DNA of 46,830 nt from Pseudomonadales bacterium (GCA_029248675.1 JAQWIX010000016.1:1-46830), one strand, 5' to 3'; shown: positions 31,215 to 41,579, counted from the stretch's first letter. The notes: generated by a model from the sequence alone, not told the origin. Numbers and translations: made by a program.

Positions 31215-33393
31215 GACTCGACAAGAGTCCTACGTTGTCGCCCAACTGGCGGCGGAGGCGAAACGCCACGAAGTGGCGGCTCCCGCCACCATAGATTCCC
31301 TAATTGCCAGCCTCGGCTACCTCAGCGATGAGGAGCAGGCCTTGGTTCGGCAAGCCCATGACTACGCTAGCAAAGCTCATCTGGGCCAGCGCCGTCGCAC
31401 CGGGCACGACTACATCAGTCACCCCACTGCCGTAGCGCAAATTCTAGCCAACATGAACATGGACCATCAGTCCTTGATGGCAGCCTTGCTCCACGATGTG
31501 ATCGAAGACTCCGAGGTCAATCGGGCAGGTCTAGGAGAGATCTTCGGGGCGTCTGTTGCCGACATCGTCGACGGTGTTTCCAAGCTCAGCAAAATCTTCG
31601 CCAGCCGAGACGAGGCCCAAGCCGAGAACCTACAGAAAATGGCCATGGCCATGGCCAAAGACATCCGCGTCATCATGGTTAAGATGGCCGACCGCCTGCA
31701 CAACATGCGCACCATCGGGGTAATGTCGAATGCCCAGCGCAAACGTATCGCAAGAGAAACTCTTGAATTCTATGCGCCCATCGCCAATCGCTTGGGAGTT
31801 CAAACCATCAAGGGTGAGCTTGAGGAGTTGGCCTTTCGAGCACTTTACCCATTACGCTCGGACCTAATCTCCCGTGCGGTTAAAGCGGCCAGAGGCAACC
31901 GCAGCGCCATGGTGGAGGAAATTCAAACTGCCATCATGGCGGCGCTGAATCGAGAGGGCATTGTCGCCGACGTCATCGGACGACAAAAAAATACGTTTTC
32001 GATTTATCGCAAGATGAAGACCCAACATAAATCATTTGCGGAAATCATGGATGTCTTCGGTTTTCGCATCATTGTCGATCAGCCCGACGCCTGTTATCGG
32101 GCCTTGGGCATCGTTCACAGCCTGTATAGCCCCTTGGCCGCACGCTTCAAAGACTATATCGCCATTCCCAAAGTAAATGGCTACCAGTCTCTGCACACCA
32201 CACTGATGGGGCCCCAGGGCGCACCGATCGAAGTGCAAATTCGCACCAAACAGCAGCAAGCCGTCGCCGAGAACGGCATCGCCGGCCACTGGCTGTATCG
32301 GTCGAATTCTGAATTTGAATCCAGTCAGCAGCGCGCTCGGCAATGGGTATCGGACCTGATGGAGTTGCAAAGCCGAGCGGGCAATCCAATGGAATTTATC
32401 GAAAGTCTGAAAATCGATTTATTCCCGGACGAAGTTTATGTCTTCACCCCTAAGGGCAAAATTTTAGAGCTGCCCCGAGGCGCTAGCCCTGTGGACTTTG
32501 CCTATTTCGTACACACAGCGGTGGGCAATCACTGCATGAGTTGCCGGATTGACGGCCAGTTGGCGCCGCTGTCTCAGCAACTGCAAAGCGGGCAGCAGGT
32601 GGAAATCATCACAGCACCAGACGGCAAACCCAACCCGGCTTGGCTTAACTTCGCCGTTACGTCGAAGGCGCGATCGGCCATTCGCAGCGAACTGAAACAG
32701 CAACACGCTGGTCAGTCCGTGGCCCTTGGCCGAAAGCTTTTGAACCGCGTGTTAGGAGCCGCTGACACCAGTATTAATGACCTAGACTTCCGGCGCCTGC
32801 GACGGGTATTTTCCGAACTCGGCGTACGCAAGCTGGACGAATTGCTGGAATCCATCGGCAGCGGTGAGGTTTCCGCTCACTTAGCGGCGCAGAAATTACT
32901 CTCCGCAGACAATCCGGACTATCGAGCGATAGCGGTGGAAGGCGCCGGGCCAGTGACCATTGCTGGCGGTGAAGGCTTGGTGGTTAGCTACGGTCGGTGC
33001 TGCAGTCCTCTACCCGGAGACCATATCGTCGGGCAGATGACGCCGGGCAAAGGCTTCGTCGTACACATCGAAACCTGCAAGAATTTAAGCGAGGTTCGTC
33101 GGCGCAGCCCCCATGAAATTACGCCAGCCCGCTGGACGTCCCAGGTAGAAGGCGAGTTCCCAACGGTTCTGCGGGTCAACGTACGGCGCCGCAAGGGCAT
33201 CATGGCGGAGATTGCGGCGGAGATAACCTCTAGCGATGCCGGGGTTGAAAGCATCAATGTCGAGGAGCGCAACGCGGAAATCAGCACCGTCAACGTGGGC
33301 ATCACCGTGCGCAGTCGAGATCACCTCGCCACGCTAGTGCGCAGACTGAGGCGCATTAGCGCTGTCATCAATGTGGCCCGTCGGGTCAGCTAA
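31195..33393 (+). CDS. spoT: Bifunctional (p)ppGpp synthetase/hydrolase SpoT
   Basis: Intact HD motif (LLHDVIED), [18 protein letters not shown] and ACT regions; gmk-rpoZ-spoT order. Confidence 0.97.
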   Translation: MSLPQAETRQESYVVAQLAAEAKRHEVAAPATIDSLIASLGYLSDEEQALVRQAHDYASKAHLGQRRRTGHDYISHPTAVAQILANMNMDHQSLMAALLHDVIEDSEVNRAGLGEIFGASVADIVDGVSKLSKIFASRDEAQAENLQKMAMAMAKDIRVIMVKMADRLHNMRTIGVMSNAQRKRIARETLEFYAPIANRLGVQTIKGELEELAFRALYPLRSDLISRAVKAARGNRSAMVEEIQTAIMAALNREGIVADVIGRQKNTFSIYRKMKTQHKSFAEIMDVFGFRIIVDQPDACYRALGIVHSLYSPLAARFKDYIAIPKVNGYQSLHTTLMGPQGAPIEVQIRTKQQQAVAENGIAGHWLYRSNSEFESSQQRARQWVSDLMELQSRAGNPMEFIESLKIDLFPDEVYVFTPKGKILELPRGASPVDFAYFVHTAVGNHCMSCRIDGQLAPLSQQLQSGQQVEIITAPDGKPNPAWLNFAVTSKARSAIRSELKQQHAGQSVALGRKLLNRVLGAADTSINDLDFRRLRRVFSELGVRKLDELLESIGSGEVSAHLAAQKLLSADNPDYRAIAVEGAGPVTIAGGEGLVVSYGRCCSPLPGDHIVGQMTPGKGFVVHIETCKNLSEVRRRSPHEITPARWTSQVEGEFPTVLRVNVRRRKGIMAEIAAEITSSDAGVESINVEERNAEISTVNVGITVRSRDHLATLVRRLRRISAVINVARRVS

Positions 33394-33428
33394 ACGCAAT
33401 TACCTTTGCAACAACATCAGGAACGTTT

Positions 33429-33830
33429 ATGAGCCGCGAGATCATCTCTACTGACAACGCGCCCAGCGCCATCGGCACCTATTCTCAGGCGGTCAAAACC
33501 GAGTCCGGACGGTTAGTGTTTATTTCGGGGCAGATTCCACTGGCTCCTGGGGGCGATCCCGCCAGCGCTGATTTGGTAAGCGCTGATTTTGTGGCTCAAG
33601 CCCATCAAGTATTCAAGAACATTGAGGCCGTCGCCGAAGCCGCCGGCGGCAATATCAACCACTGCGCAAAGCTCACCATTTATCTTACCGATCTGGGCCA
33701 GTTTGCCTTAGTCAATGAGGTTATGGCTCAGTACTTTGCCGAACCCTATCCCGCTCGAGCGGCCGTAGAGGTGTCGGCGCTACCCAAGGGGGCTCAGATC
33801 GAATCCGATGCCATCATGGTTTTACCTTAA
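33429..33830 (+). CDS. ridA: RidA family enamine/imine deaminase
   Basis: AP.AIGTYSQAV, SGQIP, YPARAAV.V.ALPKG. Confidence 0.93.
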   Translation: MSREIISTDNAPSAIGTYSQAVKTESGRLVFISGQIPLAPGGDPASADLVSADFVAQAHQVFKNIEAVAEAAGGNINHCAKLTIYLTDLGQFALVNEVMAQYFAEPYPARAAVEVSALPKGAQIESDAIMVLP

Positions 33831-33854
33831 ACCAACCCCCGCAGAACATTGACC

Positions 33855-35870
33855 ATGTCAGTGGATCCACAGGGCAGCGTTGCTGAGCTCCAAGGCATCG
33901 GGCCAAAGTTGCAAGAAACTCTCGGGCGTTTGGGCATCTTTCGCCTCCTGGATTTGCTCATTCATTTACCCGCCCGGTATCAGGATCGATCGAAGGTAAC
34001 GCCCTTGGCTGCCCTACGTGCTGGAGACGATTGTTTAGTGGATGGCGAGGTGATCGGCAGCAAGGTGACCTTTGGTCGCAGCCGAGGGCTCGAAGTTATC
34101 ATTAACGACGGCCAACGGGACCTGAGACTGCGCTTTTTCCATTTCAACAAATCCCAACAGCGGGCTTTTGAGGCCGGTAAATACGTCAGGGCCTTCGGCA
34201 CCGCTGCCTTCATTGGGCGGCATCTTGCGATGGCTCATCCGGAATATCAGATTTTCGATGACCCGCCACCGCCACCCAAGCCCGAACTCATTCCCGTGTA
34301 TCCCACCACTCAGGGGCTTGGTCAGGCACGGCTGCGCAACCTGACTCGAGCCTTACAGTCCCTCGAATGGCCCAGCCAGCCGGGAACACCCTTCGAAAAG
34401 TTGCTGTATTTGCACCGGCCCGATGACTTTGGGGCGATCGAGCAGACACGAGAATCTTTGGCCTTAGACGAGCTTTGTGCCTATTACGTCGTTATGAAGC
34501 GTCGCGCCTTAAAACGGCGGAAACAGCAGGCCACGTCGCTGCCACAGAAGTCCGGTTTGGGCAGGGGCCTCCGTGACAACTTGGCTTTTAAGCTGACCCA
34601 GGCTCAAACACGGGTCATCCGAGAAACCCTGGAAGATCTAGGTAAGGAGACCCCCATGCTTCGGCTGATACAGGGGGACGTAGGATCCGGCAAGACCATC
34701 GTCGCGGCTTTCGCGGCGATTAGAGCCATTGAACACGGCTGCCAAACCGCTGTTATGGCTCCAACGGAACTTCTTGCAGAACAACACCACTTAAATTTTC
34801 AGCAATGGCTAGAACCCCTAGGGATTCGTGTGGGCCTGCTTACCGGTCAAATGTCAGCCAAGGCCCAGCGCGAGACCTTGGCTTCTATTGCTAACGGAGA
34901 GCTTCAGGTCGTCATAGGCACTCATGCCTTGTTCCAAGAAAAAGTAGCCTTCGACCAGCTAGCCTTAGTGATCATCGATGAACAGCACCGCTTTGGTGTA
35001 CACCAACGTATGACGCTGCAAAACAAAGGCGCCTTTCCCCATCAGTTGGTGATGACAGCAACCCCCATCCCGCGAACCCTGACCATGACGCTATACGCCG
35101 ACATGGACGTTTCCGTTATCGACGAACTGCCCAAGGGTCGGCAACCCATCACCACTCACACTGCGGCTCAACCCAACCGGCCTGAACTGATCATGCGGCT
35201 TAGAGATGTTTTGGCTCAAGGACAGCAGGCGTATTGGGTCTGCACATTGATCGAACCGTCAGACGAAATTGATGCCTTGGCTGCTGAAGAAGCCTTTGAG
35301 CTGCTCAGGTCAGAGCTGCCAGATTTTGAAGTGGCTCTGTTACATGGGCGCATGAAAGGCGAGGAAAAAGTGGAAATCATGCGGGCCTTCAAAGCCGGCG
35401 AATATCAATTATTGGTGGCGACCACTGTTGTCGAGGTCGGGGTTGATGTGCCCAATGCCACCCACATGTTTATCGAGAACGCAGAACGGTTGGGACTGGC
35501 CCAACTGCATCAATTGCGAGGCAGAGTAGGGCGGGGGCACCTAGCCAGCCGCTGCTTTTTGCTGTTCAAGCCCGGGGTCAGTCAGGCGGGCCAACATCGA
35601 CTGAACGCCTTACGTGAAAGTCAGGACGGTTTCTATTTGGCTGAGCAGGATCTGAAGTTGCGGGGTCCCGGCGATATTTTGGGCATCCGGCAATCCGGAG
35701 AGCAAAGCTTCAAAATCGCAGACCTAGACGAAGACGCTCATCTCATGCCCAAGGTAGTAAAACGAAGCGAGAACCTAATGCAGGCTTCAAAGGGTTCTGC
35801 CGAGCACGCCTATTTAAATGGCCTGCTTAACACGTGGGCTTCAGCGGACACTGAACACTTGTCCGTTTGA
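33855..35870 (+). CDS. recG: ATP-dependent DNA helicase RecG
   Basis: QGDVGSGKT, DEQHRFG, MTATPIPR, QLHQLRGRVGRG, RGPG. Confidence 0.97.
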   Translation: MSVDPQGSVAELQGIGPKLQETLGRLGIFRLLDLLIHLPARYQDRSKVTPLAALRAGDDCLVDGEVIGSKVTFGRSRGLEVIINDGQRDLRLRFFHFNKSQQRAFEAGKYVRAFGTAAFIGRHLAMAHPEYQIFDDPPPPPKPELIPVYPTTQGLGQARLRNLTRALQSLEWPSQPGTPFEKLLYLHRPDDFGAIEQTRESLALDELCAYYVVMKRRALKRRKQQATSLPQKSGLGRGLRDNLAFKLTQAQTRVIRETLEDLGKETPMLRLIQGDVGSGKTIVAAFAAIRAIEHGCQTAVMAPTELLAEQHHLNFQQWLEPLGIRVGLLTGQMSAKAQRETLASIANGELQVVIGTHALFQEKVAFDQLALVIIDEQHRFGVHQRMTLQNKGAFPHQLVMTATPIPRTLTMTLYADMDVSVIDELPKGRQPITTHTAAQPNRPELIMRLRDVLAQGQQAYWVCTLIEPSDEIDALAAEEAFELLRSELPDFEVALLHGRMKGEEKVEIMRAFKAGEYQLLVATTVVEVGVDVPNATHMFIENAERLGLAQLHQLRGRVGRGHLASRCFLLFKPGVSQAGQHRLNALRESQDGFYLAEQDLKLRGPGDILGIRQSGEQSFKIADLDEDAHLMPKVVKRSENLMQASKGSAEHAYLNGLLNTWASADTEHLSV

Positions 35871-36057
35871 ACAGGCCTAACCCGGCCGGAAAAAAGGCTA
35901 AGGCGTCAAAGAAAACGATGCAGTTCGCATTTTCTAAAAGAAGTCGTCATAAAAACCACCCCAGCGTTGTCTCAGGGGTGTCTATTGAGCAACCTGCCTA
36001 GCGGCTGAGCACCTGCAGCACCGGCGCTTGTGAGTTTAATACCGCTTAGGATCCGCT

Positions 36058-36243
36058 ATGGACAACAAAGTCGTAGTCATCATCGTTTCAATTCTTCTTC
36101 CACCCTTGGCCGTCTTTTTGAAAAAAGGCGCCAGCCAAGACCTAATCATCAACATTGTGCTGACCTTACTTGGGGGTATCCCGGGCATCATTCACGCACT
36201 TTGGCTGTTGGTGTACAAAGAGGGATCACACGCCTCTAGCTAG
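36058..36243 (+). CDS. YqaE/Pmp3 family small membrane protein
   Basis: ILLPPLAVF, INIVLTLLGGIPGIIHALW. Confidence 0.92.
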   Translation: MDNKVVVIIVSILLPPLAVFLKKGASQDLIINIVLTLLGGIPGIIHALWLLVYKEGSHASS

Positions 36244-36306
36244 AAAAGTGGGTCGCCGAGTTGGCAATCTCCCGGCAAATCAGCCCACGTTCCGACTGGG
36301 CTCAGA

Positions 36307-37584
36307 CTAGGCTGGCTGCTGACTGGGCGATTGCTCTGACACAAAGACATCGCGATCCAGCTGCCCCTCGCTGGACGCCACAATGGTCGCAACCGCCGCG
36401 TCACCGGTAACGTTCACCGCAGTTCGCAGCATATCGAGCAAGCGATCCACACCGATAATCAAAGCTATACCCTCTACCGGCAAACCCACCTGATCCAGCA
36501 CCAAGGTCAGGGTGATCAACCCAACACCGGGAACCGCTGCGGTGCCAATAGAGGCTAGAGTCGCCGTAAGCACTACCGTGAGCAAGGCACTGACTGTTAG
36601 GTCGATGCCATAAAACTGCGCAATAAATACCGTGGCCACGCCCTGCATGATGGCGGTGCCGTCCATGTTGATGGTGGCACCCAGAGGCACAGCAAAAGAA
36701 GCCACGTTGTTGGACACACCCAGCTTATATTCCACGGTTCGCAAAGTTACCGGCAAGGTAGCACCGCTGGAGGAGGTGGAGAACGCTACCAGCAGCGGCT
36801 CGCGCATTTTTGCCAGAAAGACTCTGGGACTGAGGCCAGCAAAGCTTTTCAGCAACGTCGGGTAAACGACGGTTCCGTGAATTAGTAGCGCAAAGACGAG
36901 GGTTACAAAGTACATACCCACCTTGGCGATCTCCGCCAGCCCAAGGGTAGCCCCAAGTTGAGTCATCAAACAAAAAACCCCCACAGGCGTTAGCGCGATA
37001 ATCATGGTGATTAAGCGCATCATCACTTCGTTAAGGTCCGCGAAGATGCTCCGCAGCCTTGTGCCGCTGTCGCCGGCCTTGCTCAGAGCAAGCCCTAGCA
37101 ACAGGGCGAACAGGATAACTTGCAACATTTGACCGTCAGCCATGGCTGCAATGGGGTTGCTGGGGACAATGTTGAGTAGCGTGTCTTTGACGCTGGGAGC
37201 CTGCTTGGGCTGGAAGCTCTCAGTAACCCCTTCTTCTTTCAGGTCGGCGCTGCTCAAGCCGGGATCTGTTGTCAGAGCAATCAGCATGGCCAGAGAAACC
37301 GCCAAGCCCGTGGTTAACAAGTAAAGGCCAATGGTTTTGCCGCCCAAACGCCCGACGGCGCCGCTATCACCGAGACTGGCGGCACCACAGACCAGAGAGA
37401 CAAATACTAAAGGCACAACCAACATCTTGAGCAAAGAAACGAAGATTTTACCGCCACCGTCTATAACGCCGTTCAGCAGTCCCGACATGACGATATGATC
37501 CTGAGGCAAGGCCAGCCACTGCAGAATGGCCCCGAGGCCAATGCCAAGACCCATGGCGATGAGAATTCGTTGTGTCAGGCTCAT
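36307..37584 (-). CDS. Dicarboxylate/amino acid:cation symporter (DAACS family)
   Basis: AFSTSSSGATLP, PLGATINMDGTA, DRLLDMLRTAVNVTGD. Confidence 0.95.
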   Translation of the reverse strand: MSLTQRILIAMGLGIGLGAILQWLALPQDHIVMSGLLNGVIDGGGKIFVSLLKMLVVPLVFVSLVCGAASLGDSGAVGRLGGKTIGLYLLTTGLAVSLAMLIALTTDPGLSSADLKEEGVTESFQPKQAPSVKDTLLNIVPSNPIAAMADGQMLQVILFALLLGLALSKAGDSGTRLRSIFADLNEVMMRLITMIIALTPVGVFCLMTQLGATLGLAEIAKVGMYFVTLVFALLIHGTVVYPTLLKSFAGLSPRVFLAKMREPLLVAFSTSSSGATLPVTLRTVEYKLGVSNNVASFAVPLGATINMDGTAIMQGVATVFIAQFYGIDLTVSALLTVVLTATLASIGTAAVPGVGLITLTLVLDQVGLPVEGIALIIGVDRLLDMLRTAVNVTGDAAVATIVASSEGQLDRDVFVSEQSPSQQPA

Positions 37585-37626
37585 GCTGGCTCCTAATTTT
37601 GCGTTATCGAGCCGAATAGACCAGTA

Positions 37627-37794
37627 CTAGCCTATTTCGATCATCTCGAAATCCGCCTTACCCACACCGCACTCTGGACAAACGAAGTCTTCATCTACAT
37701 CGTCCCAGACCGTGCCCGGCGCGATCCCCTCGTCCTCGTACCCTTCTGCCTCATCATAAATCCAACCGCAGACAATGCACTGCCACTTTTTCAT
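37627..37794 (-). CDS. Rubredoxin (55 aa; absent from the supplied ORF track)
   Basis: Hand translation: MKKWQCIVCGWIYDEAEGYEDEGIAPGTVWDDVDEDFVCPECGVGKADFEMIEIG*, with two CxxCG motifs. Confidence 0.96.
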   Translation of the reverse strand: MKKWQCIVCGWIYDEAEGYEDEGIAPGTVWDDVDEDFVCPECGVGKADFEMIEIG

Positions 37795-37933
37795 ATTTGG
37801 TCCACTCTTCGATGTCAGTCACGAAAGCGCGGTACGCTAAAGCCAGCGCAGGCAAATTGCAACGAGACTGTGGCTGTGGAGGTGTTCAGGCGAAATCAAT
37901 ACACTTCGACATTCTATTCGCTGAGATCACGCT

Positions 37934-38803
37934 TTGGACACCAACGCCCAACCCTCCGCTTCCTTGCAGGACTATTTGCAGCTGATGCGCCTCGATCGGC
38001 CCGTTGGCACCCTACTGTTGCTGTGGCCTACCTTGGCGGCCTTGGCCATGGCCGCCGACGGCATACCGCCGACGATCCTGATCGTAATTTTCACCTTGGG
38101 CACGTTTTTGATGCGAAGCGCTGGGTGCGTTATCAACGATTACGCAGATCGTAATGTAGACGGTGCTGTGAAACGCACCAAGGACCGACCCTTGGTCACA
38201 GGCGCGATCAGCAAAAAGCAGGCTCTGGGCCTATTCGCGTTGTTGGTCGGCAGCGCCGGTTTGCTGATTTTATTTTTGAATCGCCAAACCCAACTGCTGG
38301 CAGTTGCCGGACTGGCCTTAGCCATGGCCTATCCATTTATGAAGCGCTATACCCACCTACCCCAAGTGGTTTTGGGCGCGGCGTTTAGCTGGGGTATTTT
38401 TATGGCGTGGTCTGCTCAAGGCTTGGGGGTTCCCGACGTGGCCCTACTACTCTTCATTGGTTCGCTATTTTGGATTGTCGCCTACGATACCCAGTACGCC
38501 ATGGTGGATCGGGATGACGACTTGATCGTAGGCATTAAGAGTACTGCTATTTTGTTCGGTACGTTAGACCGGTTCATGATCGCCGTCTTGCAAACCCTCG
38601 CGTTGGCCGCTTGGTTTTTAGTAGGCGTTAGCCTGAACTACCAACACGGTTTTTTTCTGGGGCTGATCGCCATCACCGGTCTCTTCGGCTACCAGCAGCT
38701 GCTGATCAAGGACCGCTCACGGGAAGGCTGCTTCGCCGCGTTCAAAAACAACATCTGGGTTGGGGTTGTGCTGCTAGGCGCGACCCTGATCGAGGTTCTG
38801 TAA
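37934..38803 (+). CDS. ubiA: 4-hydroxybenzoate polyprenyltransferase
   Basis: LMRLDRPVGTLLLLWP, GCVINDYADR..D..V.RT..RP, YDTQYAMVDRDDD; TTG start. Confidence 0.97.
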   Translation: MDTNAQPSASLQDYLQLMRLDRPVGTLLLLWPTLAALAMAADGIPPTILIVIFTLGTFLMRSAGCVINDYADRNVDGAVKRTKDRPLVTGAISKKQALGLFALLVGSAGLLILFLNRQTQLLAVAGLALAMAYPFMKRYTHLPQVVLGAAFSWGIFMAWSAQGLGVPDVALLLFIGSLFWIVAYDTQYAMVDRDDDLIVGIKSTAILFGTLDRFMIAVLQTLALAAWFLVGVSLNYQHGFFLGLIAITGLFGYQQLLIKDRSREGCFAAFKNNIWVGVVLLGATLIEVL

Positions 38804-38811
38804 CCGCAACC

Positions 38812-39315
38812 ATGGCTTTCTTGAAGCTCTTTATCTCCCTCGGACAAGGCATTGACGCCTGCATACGTCCACTGCGTTGGCTGGCCCTTATGATGGTTTT
38901 GGTCACCTTCGCCATTGTAGTGCTGCGCTACGCCCTTAACAGCGGCGGCGCGCTGCTGCAGGAGTCGGTGATGTACATGCACGGCGCCTTGTTTATGCTC
39001 GCCATCGCCCTGGGCATCCGTGACAACTCTCATGTGCGCGTAGACATTGTGTACAGCCGCCGATCTGCGGCTCAGCAAGGGTGGATTGACCTTTTGGGGC
39101 ACGTCTTCTTCCTGCTACCCGTCGCGGGTTTTATGGTGTGGGTCAGTCTTCCCTACGTTTTGAACAGCTGGCGGATTTTGGAGGGCTCCAGTGAAGTAGG
39201 CGGCATTCCCGGAGTCTTTTTACTCAAAACCCTAATCCCCCTAACCGGCGCGCTATTGTTTTTACAAGGCTTAGCGGCCATTTCCAGCATTCTGCAGGAA
39301 AAGACCCGCTCATGA
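38812..39315 (+). CDS. TRAP transporter small permease (DctQ-like)
   Basis: VVLRY, LQES.MY, HVRVD; four TM segments. Confidence 0.92.
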   Translation: MAFLKLFISLGQGIDACIRPLRWLALMMVLVTFAIVVLRYALNSGGALLQESVMYMHGALFMLAIALGIRDNSHVRVDIVYSRRSAAQQGWIDLLGHVFFLLPVAGFMVWVSLPYVLNSWRILEGSSEVGGIPGVFLLKTLIPLTGALLFLQGLAAISSILQEKTRS

Positions 39316-40670
39316 ACCTGACACCTCTTGCCCTCTTTGCGGTGACCTTTGCGGCCCTGCTGGCAGGCTATCCCGTGGCCCTCACATTGGCTGGAGTGGC
39401 CCTGATTTTTGCCTTCGTCGGCACCTTAACCGGGGCGTTCAATCCAGCGGACTTAGGCTTCGCTGCGGGACGGCTATTCGGCATCATTACCAATCAAACC
39501 CTCATCGCGGTGCCGCTCTTTATCTTCATGGGCGTGCTGCTGGAAAAAACTCGTATCGCCGAAGATCTGCTGGCGAACTTATCTAATCTATTAGGCCGTT
39601 ATCGTGGCGGCCTAGCCATCACCGTTATTATCGTCGGCATGCTCATGGCGGCCAGCACCGGCATTGTCGGCGCTACCGTTGTGACCATGGGCCTGATGTC
39701 CCTGCCCATCATGCTGCAACGGGGTTATCCGGCCAGCCTTGCCACCGGCACTATTTGTGCTACCGGCACCCTGGGACAGATCATTCCCCCATCCATCGCC
39801 TTGGTGCTGCTAGGCGATGTGCTGTCTAATGGCTATCAACAGGCCCAGCTGAACATGGGTATCTTCGCACCCAAGTCCATTTCCGTTGGCGACCTGTTTG
39901 CCGGGGCCATCATTCCCGGCCTGTGTCTGGTAACTCTATATCTTGGGTACATTCTTCTGCGGGTGATCGTCTCTCCTCAGTCCATGCCACCGGCGGAGCG
40001 CACGGAAGACGTAAAACTTGGGCCAGTGCTGGGCGCCCTTGCGCCACCATTGCTGCTGATTGTGGCTGTGCTGGGATCCATCCTGGGTGGTTTTGCCACA
40101 CCTACCGAAGCCGCTGGGGTTGGGGCGTTTGGCGCGCTGATGCTGGGCCTTGCCTATGGACGCCTCAACGGACAGGTACTCTCAGAGGTGGGCAGCGCCA
40201 CGCTATCCACCACCGGCATGGTGTTTTTCATTCTTGTAGGCGCATCCATTTTCTCTCTAGTTTTTCGCGGCTACGGCGGCGAGGAAATGGTTCATGCGCT
40301 TTTCCAGCAAATGCCCGGCGGCATGTGGGGCGCATTGGGTATCGTCATGGTGGTGATCTTTTTGCTGGGATTCATTCTCGACTTTATCGAGATCACCTTT
40401 GTAGTGGTGCCCATTGTCGGGCCCGTGCTCATGGCCATGGGCGTCGATCCCATTTGGCTGGGCATTTTGATTGCCGTGAATCTGCAGACCTCGTTCCTAA
40501 CCCCGCCCTTCGGCTTTGCCCTATTTTACCTGCGCGGCGTAGCCCCGGATCATGTGGCCACTACCGAGATTTATCGGGGCGTACTCCCCTTTATTGGGCT
40601 GCAGCTACTGCTGCTAGCGGCTTTGCTGATTTGGCCAGCCATGGCGACTTGGTTGCCCGGAAAACTCTGA
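39312..40670 (+). CDS. TRAP transporter large permease (DctM-like)
   Basis: AVPLFIFMG, GTLGQIIPPSI, ATPTEAA, NLQTSFLTPPFG. Confidence 0.95.
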   Translation: MNLTPLALFAVTFAALLAGYPVALTLAGVALIFAFVGTLTGAFNPADLGFAAGRLFGIITNQTLIAVPLFIFMGVLLEKTRIAEDLLANLSNLLGRYRGGLAITVIIVGMLMAASTGIVGATVVTMGLMSLPIMLQRGYPASLATGTICATGTLGQIIPPSIALVLLGDVLSNGYQQAQLNMGIFAPKSISVGDLFAGAIIPGLCLVTLYLGYILLRVIVSPQSMPPAERTEDVKLGPVLGALAPPLLLIVAVLGSILGGFATPTEAAGVGAFGALMLGLAYGRLNGQVLSEVGSATLSTTGMVFFILVGASIFSLVFRGYGGEEMVHALFQQMPGGMWGALGIVMVVIFLLGFILDFIEITFVVVPIVGPVLMAMGVDPIWLGILIAVNLQTSFLTPPFGFALFYLRGVAPDHVATTEIYRGVLPFIGLQLLLLAALLIWPAMATWLPGKL

Positions 40671-40704
40671 CCGACTGTACGCTATGGTCGGGAGCGCCTA
40701 GGCC

Positions 40705-41532
40705 TTAAGTGACAGAAGGCCAGCGGGGCGGACGTTTTTCAACCAAGGCGGCAATGCCTTCTTTGAAGTCTTCTTCCTTCGCCATGTCTTCGATTAGACG
40801 CTCAGATTCAATTACGGCGCTGGCAACGTCCCGGTGCAAGTCCTTGTAGATTTGCCAGCGGGTTTGCCGCAGGGAGTTGGGTGACACGCTGGCAATCAGC
40901 TGATGGGCGTACTCCCGGGTTTGCACCATCAATGCCTCTGGCTCAAAAATTTGATTCACAAAACCAAGGGTTAATGCCTCATCACTGGTGAAGACTCGAC
41001 TCGTCAGCAGCAGATCGTTGGCCCTGCCAAGGCCGACGATCTTCGGCAGCATCCAAGACAGACCATATTCGGCTGGTAAGTTCAGCTTGCCGTGGGCAGT
41101 GGTAAATTTCACGCCGGGAACGGCGAAGCGAAGGTCAGCAAAACAGGCTAGGGCCAAACCCACCCCAGCGGCTGGACCGTTCATCGCCGCGATTACGGGT
41201 TTATCTAGCCCAAAGTGGTAGGCAAAGGACGCATCAAAGTTTGGATCGGTACCGTAACCGGGTTTCGCTATGTCCTCGCTGATACCCGGACTGTACGCAC
41301 CACGGTCCGCGTGGCCGCTCAGAGCCTGACTATCACCCCCAACGCAGAATCCCTTACCTACGCCAGTGACGATAATGGCTCGCACCTTAGAATCATCGTT
41401 GGCTCGTTTAAGCAGGTGACGATACTCGGTGTGTAGCCGTCCGGTCCAAGCATTCATACGGTGCGGGCGATTGAGCCAAATAGTGGCCAGCCCCTGAGCG
41501 TCCACTTCGTACTCTGTGTTCTTCAGTTCCAT
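40705..41532 (-). CDS. Crotonase / enoyl-CoA hydratase-isomerase superfamily protein
   Basis: LNRP..NA, FCVGGD, KPVIAAMNGPAAG.G, DF.EGI.A..EKR.P. Confidence 0.92.
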   Translation of the reverse strand: MELKNTEYEVDAQGLATIWLNRPHRMNAWTGRLHTEYRHLLKRANDDSKVRAIIVTGVGKGFCVGGDSQALSGHADRGAYSPGISEDIAKPGYGTDPNFDASFAYHFGLDKPVIAAMNGPAAGVGLALACFADLRFAVPGVKFTTAHGKLNLPAEYGLSWMLPKIVGLGRANDLLLTSRVFTSDEALTLGFVNQIFEPEALMVQTREYAHQLIASVSPNSLRQTRWQIYKDLHRDVASAVIESERLIEDMAKEEDFKEGIAALVEKRPPRWPSVT

Positions 41533-41579
41533 AATCCATTCCTAGGCATCGGGCACAGGCTCACTTACCAAATCTTCAC

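Noticed and set aside
36281-36302. Hairpin AGCCCA...TGGGCT between the convergent YqaE and DAACS genes as a terminator
   Set aside because: 6-bp stem with a 10-nt loop and no U tract on either strand; too weak to call.
37861-37900. Peptide VAVEVF resembling the UbiC C-terminus as a possible ubiC remnant
   Set aside because: Only a few residues match and the upstream frame lacks the RRS motif; compatible with chance.
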